DNA of 64,000 nt from Owenia fusiformis (Eukaryota), in NCBI GenBank assembly GCA_903813345.2, contig CAIIXF020000001.1, forward strand, positions 40,734,001-40,798,000. The letters are read 5' to 3'. Under the pieces are notes generated by a model. The model was not told where the DNA came from and did no database searches. It worked only from the letters and a program-made list of their open reading frames with translations. A program made the position numbers and the translations under genes. This document shows, one piece after another, positions 38,247-51,167 of the stretch (positions are counted from its first letter, which is position 1; each line of letters begins with the position of its first letter).

Positions 38247-38588
38247 TTAAAGGGTGACGCATATCGTTTAGCAAATCAAATGCTCGTTTCTGGTGTTGCT
38301 CACCATTAAATATATAAAAGGCCCGATCCCAGAATAATACTCAAGGGTTTACAGGCTCGTGGTTGCTAACTGTTATATAGCATATTAGTATATTATAGAT
38401 CGTCATATATTTATAAAAGGGAGATTTTTATTTTGACAAATCAATTTCACATTTATGGGTGAAGTTTCAGGATCTTCTATTTGTGTATAATAAAAACTCC
38501 CCTTATTTCTTAAAAATGGACTGATCCAGTTGACTCGCCTGGAGCCACCATATTGTTTTTATACGGGAAGCTTATCGGAACTCTTTAA
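38247..38588. mobile_element. TTAA-flanked dispersed repeat, copy 2
   Basis: Colinear with 28361-28898 but lacks about 210 bp of its middle; ends ggaagcttatcggaactctttaa. Confidence 0.7.
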
Positions 38589-40522
38589 GGGAAAACTGCT
38601 CAAAAGATCTTCTTCAAAATCATACCATGTAAGAGGGGTACCAAGTTTAATAGGTCATCAAATTTTGGTTTGCTCTGATGGTGTTATTTCATTTACTTCA
38701 TGCACCTTGTTTTGCACCGCATGACGTTCAATAGGATATTTGCTTTTAAGAGACAAGCCAGTAAATGATTTAAAAATGACCAGAAATAAAAATTACGTAT
38801 ACTTCCTCCTATTTGTCAATAAAATTTCAGATCCTTTCTTTCAGTATAATTTAAAACATGTATTCCTTAAATAACATTTCACTACTTCTTGACTTCATCC
38901 CTGGAATTCGTAGAGTTAAAACAGTATATCCAATATCATTGTGAAAGTGCAAGGATGTTAGCATGTAATATATTTACATCTGTAAATCTTCCTTGGTCAC
39001 TCATGCAGATAGTCTGGGTAATTACCTAAAGGCCAAATGGATTAACTGGCATGTTTGCCAGTTTTTTTTAGCTCATCTGTGATCTGATATATGCATTATG
39101 TTGCACCCTGTTGGAAATTCCATGACATTTTTAGAAAATCTGCACTCCGCCAAAAGGGTGAAATATTTGGATATTTTGACTGAAACTTGTAAATTGAAAA
39201 TAATTTTGAAACAAAAATTTGAAAACTATATTATAAAAGATTGGATTTTTTTCTAGAAAACTTTACTGGGTATAGGATAAAGCAGTTTTGTATGGTTGGT
39301 TTAGAAATTGGGTTTATCCCTTAGGAGATATGCATATTTATCCCATACTTGGACATGTTGCAGGTACATAAAGCCGGTTTGTAAAAACTTATATTTTCAT
39401 CAGCGTGCAGATATAGCTTTATGTCCCGCTCCGAGCGGGCAGATAAAGTATATCTGCCGGCTACGTCATAATCGCTGTCTCTCTGGATAAACCAGTATTT
39501 GATTACTGTCATCATATTTGCATAATGTCTTCATATCATTGTTCATAATTTTGTAATGTCTGCAAGAACATATGTATTTCATATATTGCCTTTTTACAAA
39601 AATCTCATTATATTGAATTATTACTTGTAGAACCTTGTGTAACCACAGTTCCTGTAGATAAGAGATTCCAAATAACATGTCAGTATTTGACAAATAATAT
39701 GTCAGCATTTGACTTTTTCATGATAAATGGCCCAACTGTCTGGGTGAAATTGCTAATGTAATGTCATGTCATGTAAGTAATTCACTACAATCAAAAAAAT
39801 GTATTTTAACTATTCTTGAATAATTAATTTTCTTAAATAACAAATGATCCCATCTGATAAAATGTTTCAAACAATAAACATACACAAAAGTGGCTTGTAA
39901 GGTAGCAATTGTTTTGAATTTTTGTTGTAGAAGGTTCAATGTGATAAGAATTATAACTGATAATAAATATTGTAGAAAATTGTGCATTAGAATATGGAAT
40001 CAATCTGTACATTTTTGTTATGTGGTAACACAATGCAGTCAATGTAATGCTTAAAATAGTCTACTGTAAATACAAGAGATTCACACGCTTCTATGTTTTA
40101 TTCTGCAATCAGAATTGTCATTTTACTGTCCTGGCTCCTGAATGCTATCTGTTACTGGTTTTGAAAAATTAACAGATAAATGGATTGTATCATTTGTCAT
40201 GATAAATCATTAGATGTCTCCTTCCGTTGTCCATTATGTTAACACAGGTTAACAAATCTCATTTTTTGTTCCGTAGAATTCAAAAATTGCAGTACTTCAA
40301 CTGTCACCCAAAGTAGTAGATCCTGATCAATAAAATATTTTGTGGCACTTCAGGAGTAGTTTTCTAGTATTGATTGAGACTCAGCCAAAGGATCTCTAGG
40401 TTTACATTTTAAATTATCCGTTGAACATAGTTTTGGGGATTTAGAGAAAGGTTCTGTCCATCTGTTCGGGCAATAGGTCTAGTACTGTTGGACCAATATC
40501 ATTTATATTTTGCAGGTATATG

Positions 40523-41825
40523 CAGTACTGTCAACCCCCAAGGATTTTCTCGCGGGACAGATTTTTTAGACCCAGTGCCCAAAATTCGCGGGATTTTGCG
40601 GGACATCTACTAAACAGGCCAATTTTTTTTATCAAATTCGCGGGATTTCGCGGGACCATTCGAGGGACAAACACCCTAATTGCGGGACAGTTAACAGGTT
40701 TACCACAAAAAAACTTCATAGAGGGACAGATTTTTTAGACAGTGCCCTAAATTTGCGGGATTTCGCGGGACATCCACCTAAATTTGCAGGATGTCCTGGG
40801 ACATTCAAGGGATTTGCGTGATTGGGACTAATGTAAAAGCGTGTAAAAGTACTTAAATCAAACTTTCAGATACTTATAAATCAAATATAATGCACCTTAC
40901 ATTGTAACTTAAATAAACGTCAACACAATTTCACAAAATACGCATAGGAATATTATTAAACTTTATTGTAATTTATCAAAAACCTGCTTCAGGTGTGAGT
41001 ACCGTAATCTAACACGAAATTCAAAAATTCGGAACAATACTTTGCACTTCTGGCGTCGTGACCAACTATGAGACGCTTACCCCCATAATGTTATATATTT
41101 AAATGTACCTATTCATATACTGTAGGCATGGGCTTTCAATTGAAAGCCCATGATATAGCCGATTAATCTACATCAAATTATAGGGAATGAGGTTACTTTT
41201 CTAGATAGGGTTTGTAGAAAAAACCGGGTACCGGGTAGTAAATCCTCCATGGTGGGTTCAAACTTGGATGTTACATACATTTTTGTAAATTCAAAACAAA
41301 TCTTACACGTTTTCTCATAATCTAATTATGTTATATATTCGTATTTTTCGTTTTTTGGGTACCCGTTTTTTTGACCGGGTACCGGGTACCAAGTTTGAAC
41401 CGAGCATGGAGGATTTACTACCCGGTACCCTGTTTTTCTACAAACCCTTTCTAGATATCAGCGTCCATTTATTGAAATTCGCGTTTGCTAACATTTGCTC
41501 AATTCTGAGATGAAGGCCACACAGGTAGTAAAAAGGCCAATGTTGGAACTATTTGTGACCTACATCCCTATTTTCGTAATTAAAATGAAAGTGGAACCCT
41601 TCCTCTTTATTTTGATACCAAACAACAGCATGCTAGGTACTTAAAATTAGGTAAACTTTACTCCTCAAAAGTGCAAAAACTTAGCTTCTTATATAAGATA
41701 AGATAATCACAATATAGGGAATTGCAACAATTTCAAAAATTCGCGGGACACTTGACAACCATATTACATTTACTTATGACATTCGCGGGATGATCCCGCC
41801 ATTCGCGGGACACTTGACAGCTCTG
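40523..41825. mobile_element. Non-autonomous DNA transposon with CAG ends and a 6-bp TSD
   Basis: CAGTACTGTCAA ... TTGACAGCTCTG; TATATG on both sides (40517-40522, 41826-41831); many subterminal ttcgcggga motifs. Confidence 0.75.
41207..41448. mobile_element. hAT-like MITE nested in 40523-41825
   Basis: Long TIR AGGGTTTGTAGAAAAAACCGGGTACCGGGTAGTAAATCCTCCATG / CATGGAGGATTTACTACCCGGTACCCTGTTTTTCTACAAACCCT; 8-bp TSD TTCTAGAT fits the NTCTAGAN hAT-Charlie target preference. Confidence 0.85.
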
Positions 41826-42730
41826 TATATGCCCCATGTTGTGTGGCATGTGGCATATGTGACCTGGCCAATCCAGTGCATCCTGCTCTTTCATATCAAA
41901 ACTTCAGTTGGCACTGTCTTTGCTCTCTTCCTGTAGGATCATTTTGGCAGAAGCGCTATTTTACAATTTTTGCTGTAACTGGATAACATGGATAAGTAGT
42001 GGTGCAATTTTGTTCATATTTTATATGCTATAAGCACTGTATAATATACATGCGTTTAAAGACACTTTGGCTGGGTGGTTTTATATGTGTTATTTTACAT
42101 TTTTTTCTTGAAAGATAGTGGAGCAATTTTGTTAGAACCATATTACATTTACTTATGACAATTTGGCTAGTGTGCAATCATTTTAAAAAAATCGGTCATT
42201 ATCAGTGGTGCAGCGTGGCTATTTTGTGAGTGCACATCACAAATGAGTGAAGCAAATGAGCTTTGAGGGGGGCTTAGGGGCTTGGCTTTCCCAAGACAAA
42301 TGAAAATGATATTGCATTTGAGGCATTCTGGGGCATTTTAAAACACGAAATTCCAACTAATGTGGACTAATGACATGCAAATTATTGAATATTTTAATCC
42401 GTTTTTAAAGTGTAGGGTAATATAAAAAATCAGCTTTTCTCTAAATTTTGAGATTATGCCATGGCGTTTTATGCATATATGATGCTACGCCATTGACTAT
42501 AAGTACTGGAGCAATTTTCTTAAAATTTTATATGTTACTACTTAGTCGCATATTACTTTCTTATGACAATTTGGCTAGTGAGCAGCCATTTTCAATGTCA
42601 TGGCAAATTCACTATTTGAACATTGAGTAGGTTTATAAATAATTTCAGGTCCTATAAAAGAAAAACCCATGTCACTGTTACGAGTAGTTTTATGAGATAA
42701 TTTCATAAAAAGATTGGCAAAAATATCTGC

Positions 42731-43290
42731 TTTTTACTAGCTCACATGTTGAGCTATTGCAATCACTCACTTGTCCGCCTGTCTGTCGGTCTGTCAACAA
42801 TTGGCCAGTTTTAAAACCTCTGTCAATAGGATTCCCGTTTTAAGTTATTTTTGTTCTACATCAATATTGAAAACCCCCTATGACTCCTGTTTCAAAAGCT
42901 CACCTATTTTCAAAATGGCCGCCATTTTTGTCTCGCAAAATTCACTTTTGGACCATTTGCTTTAAAACCTGTGTCAATTGGATTCTCTTTTTAGGTAATT
43001 TTTGTTCAACATCAATACAGAAAACTCTGTTATGATTTCTGGTTCAAAAGATCGCCTATTTTCAAAATGGTCACCATTTTTGTCTTGCGCTTTTGGCCCA
43101 TATCCTAGCTTTACAAATAATTTCAGATTTCCTGCATTGTAAAAACCATGTCACTGTAAAGAGTAGTTTTATGAAATAATTTGGTTACAAAAAATCGGCA
43201 AAAATTATCATTATTTTCAGCCATTTTAGCCATCATTCACTTTTGAGCAAAACAATGTGAGCCGAGTCCCCACAGTACTATTTATTTATT
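42731..43290 (+). mobile_element. HINE-like element, family 3
   Basis: tttttactagctcacatgttgagctattg hairpin head, (GTCT/GTCC)-like tract, two ~140-bp core repeats, 3' aatgtgagc. Confidence 0.6.
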
Positions 43291-43349
43291 TATCGTCTGC
43301 CATTTTTGAATTTTGCATCCTAAAATCGTGTGTACTGGTTTCAAGCCAA

Positions 43350-43673
43350 AAAATACGAACGCCGGAAAAAAATGTACGCATTTCATTCGGACTTTTCACG
43401 CGAATTACGTATATGTCACGCATTCTGTTCGAAATTTTTCGTACCTATCACCCCCCCCCCCCCCCCCATTGACGGATGTTTGAAATGCGAGCGTTGCGAG
43501 CGCGAAAAATTTGAGGTGTTCAAAATTTGGCAAGATGTAATAAAATTTAAACCAAGGTGTTCAAAATTTGGATCAAGGTGTCCAGATTTGGACCAAGGTG
43601 TCCACATTTTGAGGGGAGGTGTTCAACATTTCCAAGTCACTCATATTAGGTGTTCCCAAGTTGACAGGCCTGG
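43350..43673. mobile_element. Partial CAGGCCTGTCAACT-ended element (3' half) with 21-bp repeats
   Basis: Ends agttgacaggcctg; 43350-43446 matches about 59556-59652, whose copy starts caggcctgtcaact at 59378. Confidence 0.6.
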
Positions 43674-45519
43674 CTGATGTGATTACCTGTGTTTTAGGTT
43701 ACCTTTGTTAATTACCAATACAATATAGCCCCCCTATGACTGGTTCAAAAGCTCGCCTATTTTAAAAATGGCTGTTAATTTTGTAGAGAGAAATTCACTT
43801 TTTTAGCATTTAGTAGCTTTATAATTAATTTCAGGTGTCTTGTGTTACATAAAGAAAATCAGCAAATAGTTATTATTGCTTTTTTATTGTCAGTCATTTT
43901 TGGATTTTCCATCCTAAAATGAAGTCTTGTCTGCATAGGTTTCAAGCCAAACCATTTGATGGATTGATATTAATGTTTTGGGATGTTTCTTGGTATAAAA
44001 CTTTATAACTTATTAATTTTAAGACATTTTGGGTAAATTATGAGTTGGCTATTTTGGATTTTTGTCCTAAAATCATGTCTGTAAAGTTTTTACATGTTTT
44101 GAGCCAAACCATTTCATGGATCAATCTGATAGATCTTTCCTGGTATAAAAGTCTACAAATGGTTAGTCTTTCGACATTCTGGATATATATGGTACTATTT
44201 ATTTTTAATAGTTTGTGCCTTCCTGCTAACATATCTTGTGCTAACTTAATTATTTTGATTCAGTTGTCCAGTCTGCCCAACAAACACCTCCAATGACTAG
44301 GCATAATGAAAAATTATAATAGTTTCCAATTCAGCAGATTAGTTCTAATTGTTGTCATTATGTGGCATTAATTCAATCTTCTTCATATTGAAGGGATTTG
44401 TGTCATGTATTTTATGTGACAACTTTACCCTCTATTAGTTTCATTTCATTGCATCCTTAATTTCACAGACAGTTGAATGTATAGGTTTATTCCAAAATAA
44501 AGATGGGGAATTGTATATGTCAATTAGAAACTTGTTCGTAAGGGTAGATCATCATCATGCTACATACAAGCTGCGTTATTTGAGGTGTGTACTCCGTGCC
44601 TAGTACTCCAAATCATCACTTTCTACTCTTCATGTTAATAGATAACACCGTGACAGTTGATAGTATGTGCTACATATTGTAATATACCTTGTTTGCCTAT
44701 TAGATTGATAAGAGTCATTCATACCAACAGTAGTCATCTCTCCAGTTCAATAACAACAAATGTGAATTATAACTTGTATTTGTTGTCCCTTACTGAAGCA
44801 ATTGGGCCCTATGCCAAGATTATGCCTATGTTCTTGAATGAATGGCTTGTTTCAATTATAGCTTTCCAACCCATAATTACCGAAAGGTCCCTTTCTCTCA
44901 AGAACAAATGTTTAACTTACGGTGATCATTCTCAGATCCATTAAGATTATTAAACTGTTCTGCCAATGTGGCTTAAATAGGTAATAACATCATCAATATT
45001 CCCATTTAACTTGAATCCGGTTGTTTGGTATATGATTTGGATTTAATGATTTTGTTAGTAGTTATATATTACTTACAGGTTGAAGAAAAGTATGTTAATG
45101 CTACAGAAACATTCAAAATGAGATGTATTAATCATGCAAAAGAACAACAACAGAATGCTATACATGATTGTGACATCAAACATAGCATAGAAATAAATGT
45201 TCCAAAAATGATGTAAATACTAAAGTGAGACATCCTAAATGAATGAAAAAAATTGATTATGTAAAAGAACCAAGAACCTTCAGTTAATTTGCATACATAT
45301 TGTATGCATGTACAAGCACTAGGAATCAAACACAAACATTTCAGAGCTAATCAGTCATTTGGGTCTCCATATGTATTAGTAGCATGTGTGTGTGTGGGAA
45401 TATATAAGCGCAAATCCCAAAGGGATAGAAATGTCAGTTGTGCTTCTTCTGGTGAGTTCGAGCGTTAACATCAGCTGCCTCTAGTCAGATCGACTGACAA
45501 AACAACCTTTATTGGGGTT

Positions 45520-45617
45520 GTCGATTTGGCCGAGAGGGCTTGAGCGCCGGCACGTTCGAGCTAGGCGATTGGGTGCCGTAACCACAAGGTTGCGAGTTCG
45601 AGACGCGTGTGCTCCTT
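45520..45617 (+). other. tRNA-derived (Leu/Ser-like) pseudogene or SINE head
   Basis: A-box-like TGGCCGAGAGGG and B-box-like AGTTCGAGAC in a CpG-rich patch; no clean cloverleaf. Confidence 0.4.
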
Positions 45618-48600
45618 GTGTTATTCATTTAAAAAGTGTAAACACGAGGCATTAGTTGATTTTATTAGATTACCATTCTATGTTTTCTAGACTTTCAATC
45701 ATTTAATCAAGAACATTTCAGATGAAATTGCCTTTGATGTTCATTATTCTATTCATATTTTTAGAGATTACTGTACAATGGATTCACTTGAATGGCTGAC
45801 TTATGGTTAACTTTGTATAAAATCTGATCTCTTCTATACATGTTTCTAAATATAAAGGATTTCACCATGGTGCAATTCAAACTAATCTATCTTCATGAGG
45901 ACTCAGTAAATCATGTTCAAATCAAATGGACACACTCAATGATTGCAAATGACAAAGTTTAAGCATTGAATTAAGGTACCTCAATGGAATGTTCAGTAAA
46001 AAATCTTCATACAGGTGAGTTGCCATGATATAATTCAATGTCTAAGTTATATTAGTGTGGACTTCAATTATTCATTAGAATTGCTACTAATGGAATTCTT
46101 TAGATGTTGTAAGTATGGGAGACATTGTTGATTTAGAGGGTCGTTATGTATTCTAATCTGCTTCTTTGCAACGTAATCTGTATGTTGTTCAGATTATATA
46201 CTGGTCTTTGCGATCCAATTTGTAGATTGACAATAATAGACACTGATGAATATGGATGATACACAAATTGTTGTTGCTATTGAAGCTTTATATTTATTCA
46301 TTTGTATGCTTGATGGAATTCATCGTTTTGGCTGTGTTGTTGTAGAATTGTACTTTCCCTTTTCACCAACATATTGCTTGATGGACGACAAGTGGTTAAG
46401 TGCAGAGCCCTTGGAGACGATTGGTATCATTGTAAAAGGTCATTGAATAATCAATTCCTTTTTGTTATTTTATCTGTTGATGATTAACACGATTTAGAAT
46501 GTCTAGTGTATTCAGTCTTTCTGTTCCATTAATGCTGCCTTTGCACTTTTCTCTGTGTTATTATTTGTTCCTCTTCATTTTCATGAACCACCCTTTTACT
46601 GTCTCCAGGCTCATTTTTTTGAAGAGTGATATACTTGCACATTTGCACAAATGATTAGAACATTGTTATCTGAATTAAAATCATTATGCTGTAAGCTATT
46701 ACACTTTCAATCCCCCCATAGACAGGCTGCATTTACACCGTGATCTTGTCTATATGTACAATCAACTCTACATTTTCTAAATGCATCCATGGCTGCTCCA
46801 TCTTAAAAGGCTTTCCACTCATTTTTACTTTTTCAAATGTTTCACTCAGCTCCATAATTTTCTGTTGAGCATGCAGCAACTCATATGATGTGCCCTGGTG
46901 CTTAAATATTTTAGGTAGGATTGAACTACAGTATAATGTTTTGCCAATGTAGTTGTTCAAAGAACTAGTACTGGTTGTATGATGGGCTTTCAACTAGAAT
47001 TGAAAGCCCATGGTTTTATCATTGCTGCTAGTATTTTGAATTGGTATGTTTGTGTTCCTAAATCATGTAGTATCCTCAGCAAGAGGTACATAAATAATGT
47101 ATAATATGCAATTTAGTTTATGTACCGGCATTATACTTATGTTTTATCTGCCTGTTAATGTAGCATTTACAATTCTTGTTGAGTTTTTTGCAATTGCTTG
47201 TTCAGGGATGTCAGTTTTCCTCTTCATCTGACATAGATTTCATGTTTCTTTTATGTTCCCTCCTCTTAGAAGTTGCAAATGATGTAGCTCATCAAATGTT
47301 TATGCCAATTAAGAATTATGCATTCTTCCAAATGGTTGTTTTTGTCTTTGAAGATACCTTTCAGCCCTATACTCCTTTGCATAAGTAACATTATAGACAG
47401 AATATATATATATAATGTGTATGTCTATAATGAGGCATCAGTTGATGTTTAGCTACCATTCTATGTTTTCTAGACTTTCCATCTGGTCATCTTATCCAGA
47501 GATGACAGGGAAAATAGGGATGACTGCAAGGTGGTAGCCATTTAGAGCAAATTTTTATTTGGGCAGCAAATGGGTCATATACATGCTACAGTGATGAAAC
47601 TTGCTCAATAGCTCAAAGAACTTTGAACCAACTTTACGTATGCCAAAGAATATTTTTTAAGCTCCATTGGTTAAAAAGATATGCATATGCAGGTTTGCAT
47701 CTTTTCTGAAACAGTGTATTTTTATCAAAGATACTACATTCAGACCAATATCAATCCCTGCCTAGATACATTGTTTCTATATTAGCAATTATACATACCA
47801 TATTTGAAAATGTGAATATTTTTCTGCCCACTCTGTATAGATTATTCATCAATTTCTCTCATATATTTTAATCATGTAAACCACACAGGCAGAGATGTTA
47901 AGACGAATCGAGTAAAAGTTAAAGGCTGTAAAATATGGTTTAGCTTATTTAATATGTTTGTTTAGATCATCATAGATCAAAGGTATTTCAATACAATTAC
48001 ACCATTAGCCTATCATGCTTTCCTTTGTATATCCAATGTGGCTGGAATGTGCTGTTGGTAAGATATTTTATAATCATTTGAGTTTTTTGTCAAATGTTTA
48101 TTCAACACCAGTTCTTCCATTTTTAACTTTTGTTGACTGATCTGATTGTTCTGCATTGAAGTAATTCATTAAAGGTGCTAAAGTTTCTTGTATGTAAAAC
48201 ATGCAAACTTGGTACTGCATAATTGGAAAAACTTTTTCCTGGAGAGTCAATTTCCTAACATAAACAATTCATTGATCTAATGATGTGGAAACACCAATCC
48301 TGAAAATGTGAAAATCGGGAAACAAAAAAGCACAAGATCCATTAATCGTAAGAACTATATTAAACCAATATGAAACAAACTGTAACTTGTTAAATAATAA
48401 ATGATTGGTTTATCATGCCATTCAAAAGGTGGGTGTAAAGCACATTTAGTTTGAGGTGTTAATTCGAAATAAGAAAATTAACAATGTCGTGGACATTTAT
48501 GTCCACATATTCTGCTACGATTTCCAAGAGTATTTACCACAACCAACCTATCTTTAACATATTGTTTTACTGAACACAATGTGAATAAGTCAATTTGACC

Positions 48601-48699
48601 TTATGGCTTGGAGCTGTTTTAATTGTAGATGAATTTCAATCATGGTATTTTTTCATTAATAATCAAAAATGATGTTGCTATGTTACATGAAAGCTTGGT

Positions 48700-50765
48700 C
48701 ACAGGCTGGTATTGAAAAAATTGTCCGCTGTGACGGAGCGTGCTATTTTGCATAGAAACACTAGGAAATCCACACAATTTATTTTTTTACTCATATGTTT
48801 TGCTATATCAAAGAAAATTACTGACTCCATGCAATGAATATATCATTTGCAGGTAACTTTAACTTCTGTTTGAAGTCCAACAACGCTAAGAGTAAAAGCT
48901 ATTGAAAACGGCGTCGGAGTATCATACTCCAAAATGTACCAATTCTTTTATTTCTTTTTAATGATACAATATAGCGACACAATAATATTTACATATGTTT
49001 TCAGCATAACTCTGAAGGTATTAATGAGATCTTTATGTATTGGGTATTTTTAATTTTTTCAATAAAAAATAATGTTTAAATTTTTTGTCCGCTGTGACGG
49101 AGCAGTTTCAAATCTGAAATACGTTAAGAATTTAGATTTATGATATATCTCTTTATAACTACACGTTAGAGGAGGGAGCGTATCAAATCTCTTTCTTAAA
49201 GTATTCTGAAAAATAAAACGGAATAAAAGTACACAATTCAAATTTTGAGATGTATATACGACCACTCTTTAAGCTTCTTTTCTCAGTTTGTACTGTAATC
49301 CAAGTTATGCATGGTAACTCATGAAAATGATATAGTCAACTTTATTTCAGTAAAGGGTATTTGCCTTTCGTTGTGCCTACTGTGGATCCATCACCTGACA
49401 TGGTCATTTTTTATGGTAACTTATATACAGTAATATTATGTGGTAAAAGGTTATACATCTGTTGGAATGCAGGATGTCTGTGCGCTATTTCGAATAAATT
49501 CATATTATCCCTATTTATGTTACGCGGTAAACACGATACAAAAATATGCCATATTCCGCAACGAATACTAGTATGCCATATTCACTTGCGGTGTATGACA
49601 GATTCACCTGTGGTATATGGTATACACACTAACCAATGAGAACGTGATACGGAAGTATGCAATTGTCAATTGCATCGATTGAACGAACAAGTAAAACTTT
49701 ATAAATTATTTAAATGATTACTGAATCAACAGTACAGTTTATCGAATACATCAACGTATGCAGAAGTATCACTCACCAATCTCATGTAATAAACTTACCC
49801 ACTTACTTAACTTATCTCGCAACCAATCAAACCAAGTCTTTCTGTATCACGTTTTTCACCTGCGGAATATTTCATATTCAACTGCTGTATATGGCATATT
49901 CCGCAAGTGAGTATGACATATTCTGAAGGTGAGTATCGGGTATTCACTGAATTCAATGCATCACATATTCACTGCGGAATATCGCATACTCACCTGCGGA
50001 ATATGCCATATACCGCAGGTGAGTATGGCATATTCACCCGTATCACAAATACCGTGCAACCATGAATGTATGCCATATTCCGCGTAACAATTTACACTAC
50101 ACGTGACATTCTAAGACGTCTTGGCGAAAACGTATTAGAAATATTATGTTGAGTTTACACCATGTTGATTCATGTTGATTTCAGTACAAACCTCCGAAAA
50201 ATGCTAAGAGTTTTTATATCTCAGATTTACATTACCCCAGATCTCCCAGAGGCTACTTGTCATAATTTAGGAAAGTGATTTGTGACGTTCTCTCTTCTTA
50301 TGGTACTTTTAAAAGGTATAATTTGAATCTTAAATTCTTCACGTAGTTCACAGTTAAAACTGCTCCGTCAAAGCGGACAAAAAATGTAAACATTATTTTT
50401 TATAAAAAATATTAAAAATACCCAATACATCAAGATATCATTAATACCTTCAGAGTTATCCTTAAAACATATGTAAATATTATTGTGTCGCTATATTGTA
50501 TCATTAAAAAGAAATAAAAGAAATGGTACATTTTGGAGCATGATACCCCGGCGCCGTTTTCAATAGCTCTTACTCTTAGCGTTGTTGGACTTCAAACAAA
50601 AGTTAAAGTTACCTGCAAATGATATACCCATTGCATTGAGTAAGAAACTTTCTTTGGTATAGCGAAACATATGAGTAAAAAAATAAATTGTGTTGGTTTC
50701 TTAGTGTTTCTATGCAAAATAGCACGCTCCGTCACAGCGGACAAATTTTTCGATACCAGCCTGTG
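48700..50765. mobile_element. Non-autonomous long-TIR element with CAC termini and a 5-bp TSD (Transib-like signature)
   Basis: TTGGT|CACAGGCTGGTAT ... ATACCAGCCTGTG|TTGGT; arms at about 48700-49135 and 50325-50765 are highly similar reverse complements. Confidence 0.85.
49518..50089. mobile_element. TGT...ACA element with a 5-bp TSD (Ginger-like MITE or solo LTR) nested in 48700-50765
   Basis: ATTTA|TGTTACGCGG ... CCGCGTAACA|ATTTA; many atgccatattccgca / cacctgcggaatat motifs in both orientations. Confidence 0.8.
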
Positions 50766-51167
50766 TTGGTAAGCATTGAATCAGAATTGGAAAATCCCTG
50801 CCTGGGGTATTTTGGTTTGAGTCTTATAATGAAGCATTGTCATTTACATGATAATTGGAGTTTTTGCAACCTTTGTACAATAAATCCCAACAGCTTATGT
50901 GAGACTACCACAGCTGGCTTAACTAAGCCTTTGATATCACTGTGACCTCATTCCAATGAATTGAAAGCACCAATAATAATCCTCATCAAATCAAATAGTC
51001 ATCAATCGAAAAAATGCTACTTCAACCATTCTCATAATTATCAATTTAAATGCTAAAGTAGAATGATTGAATCAATTGCAATGAGTGAAGATGCATTTTG
51101 AAAAATACAAACTAAATGAACCTTTAGTTTAAGAAAATTAGCCTTCAATTGAGCTTCATGTATTTAT

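Larger units (their letters stand above)
40413..42200 (+). mobile_element. Old HINE-like family 2 copy split by a later insertion
   Basis: 5' end ttatccgttgaacatagttttggggat...tctgtccatctgttcgggcaata resembles 3034-3175; core repeats resume after 41826. Confidence 0.5.

Noticed and set aside
39313..39491. CpG-rich patch with tttatcc/ggataaa ends
   Set aside because: The inverted match is too short and there is no TSD or second copy in the window; probably a TE fragment but unsupported.
46246..47388. Several 66-86 aa ORFs that might be a decayed transposase
   Set aside because: No catalytic or family motif I can identify; a TBLASTX/HMM search would be needed.
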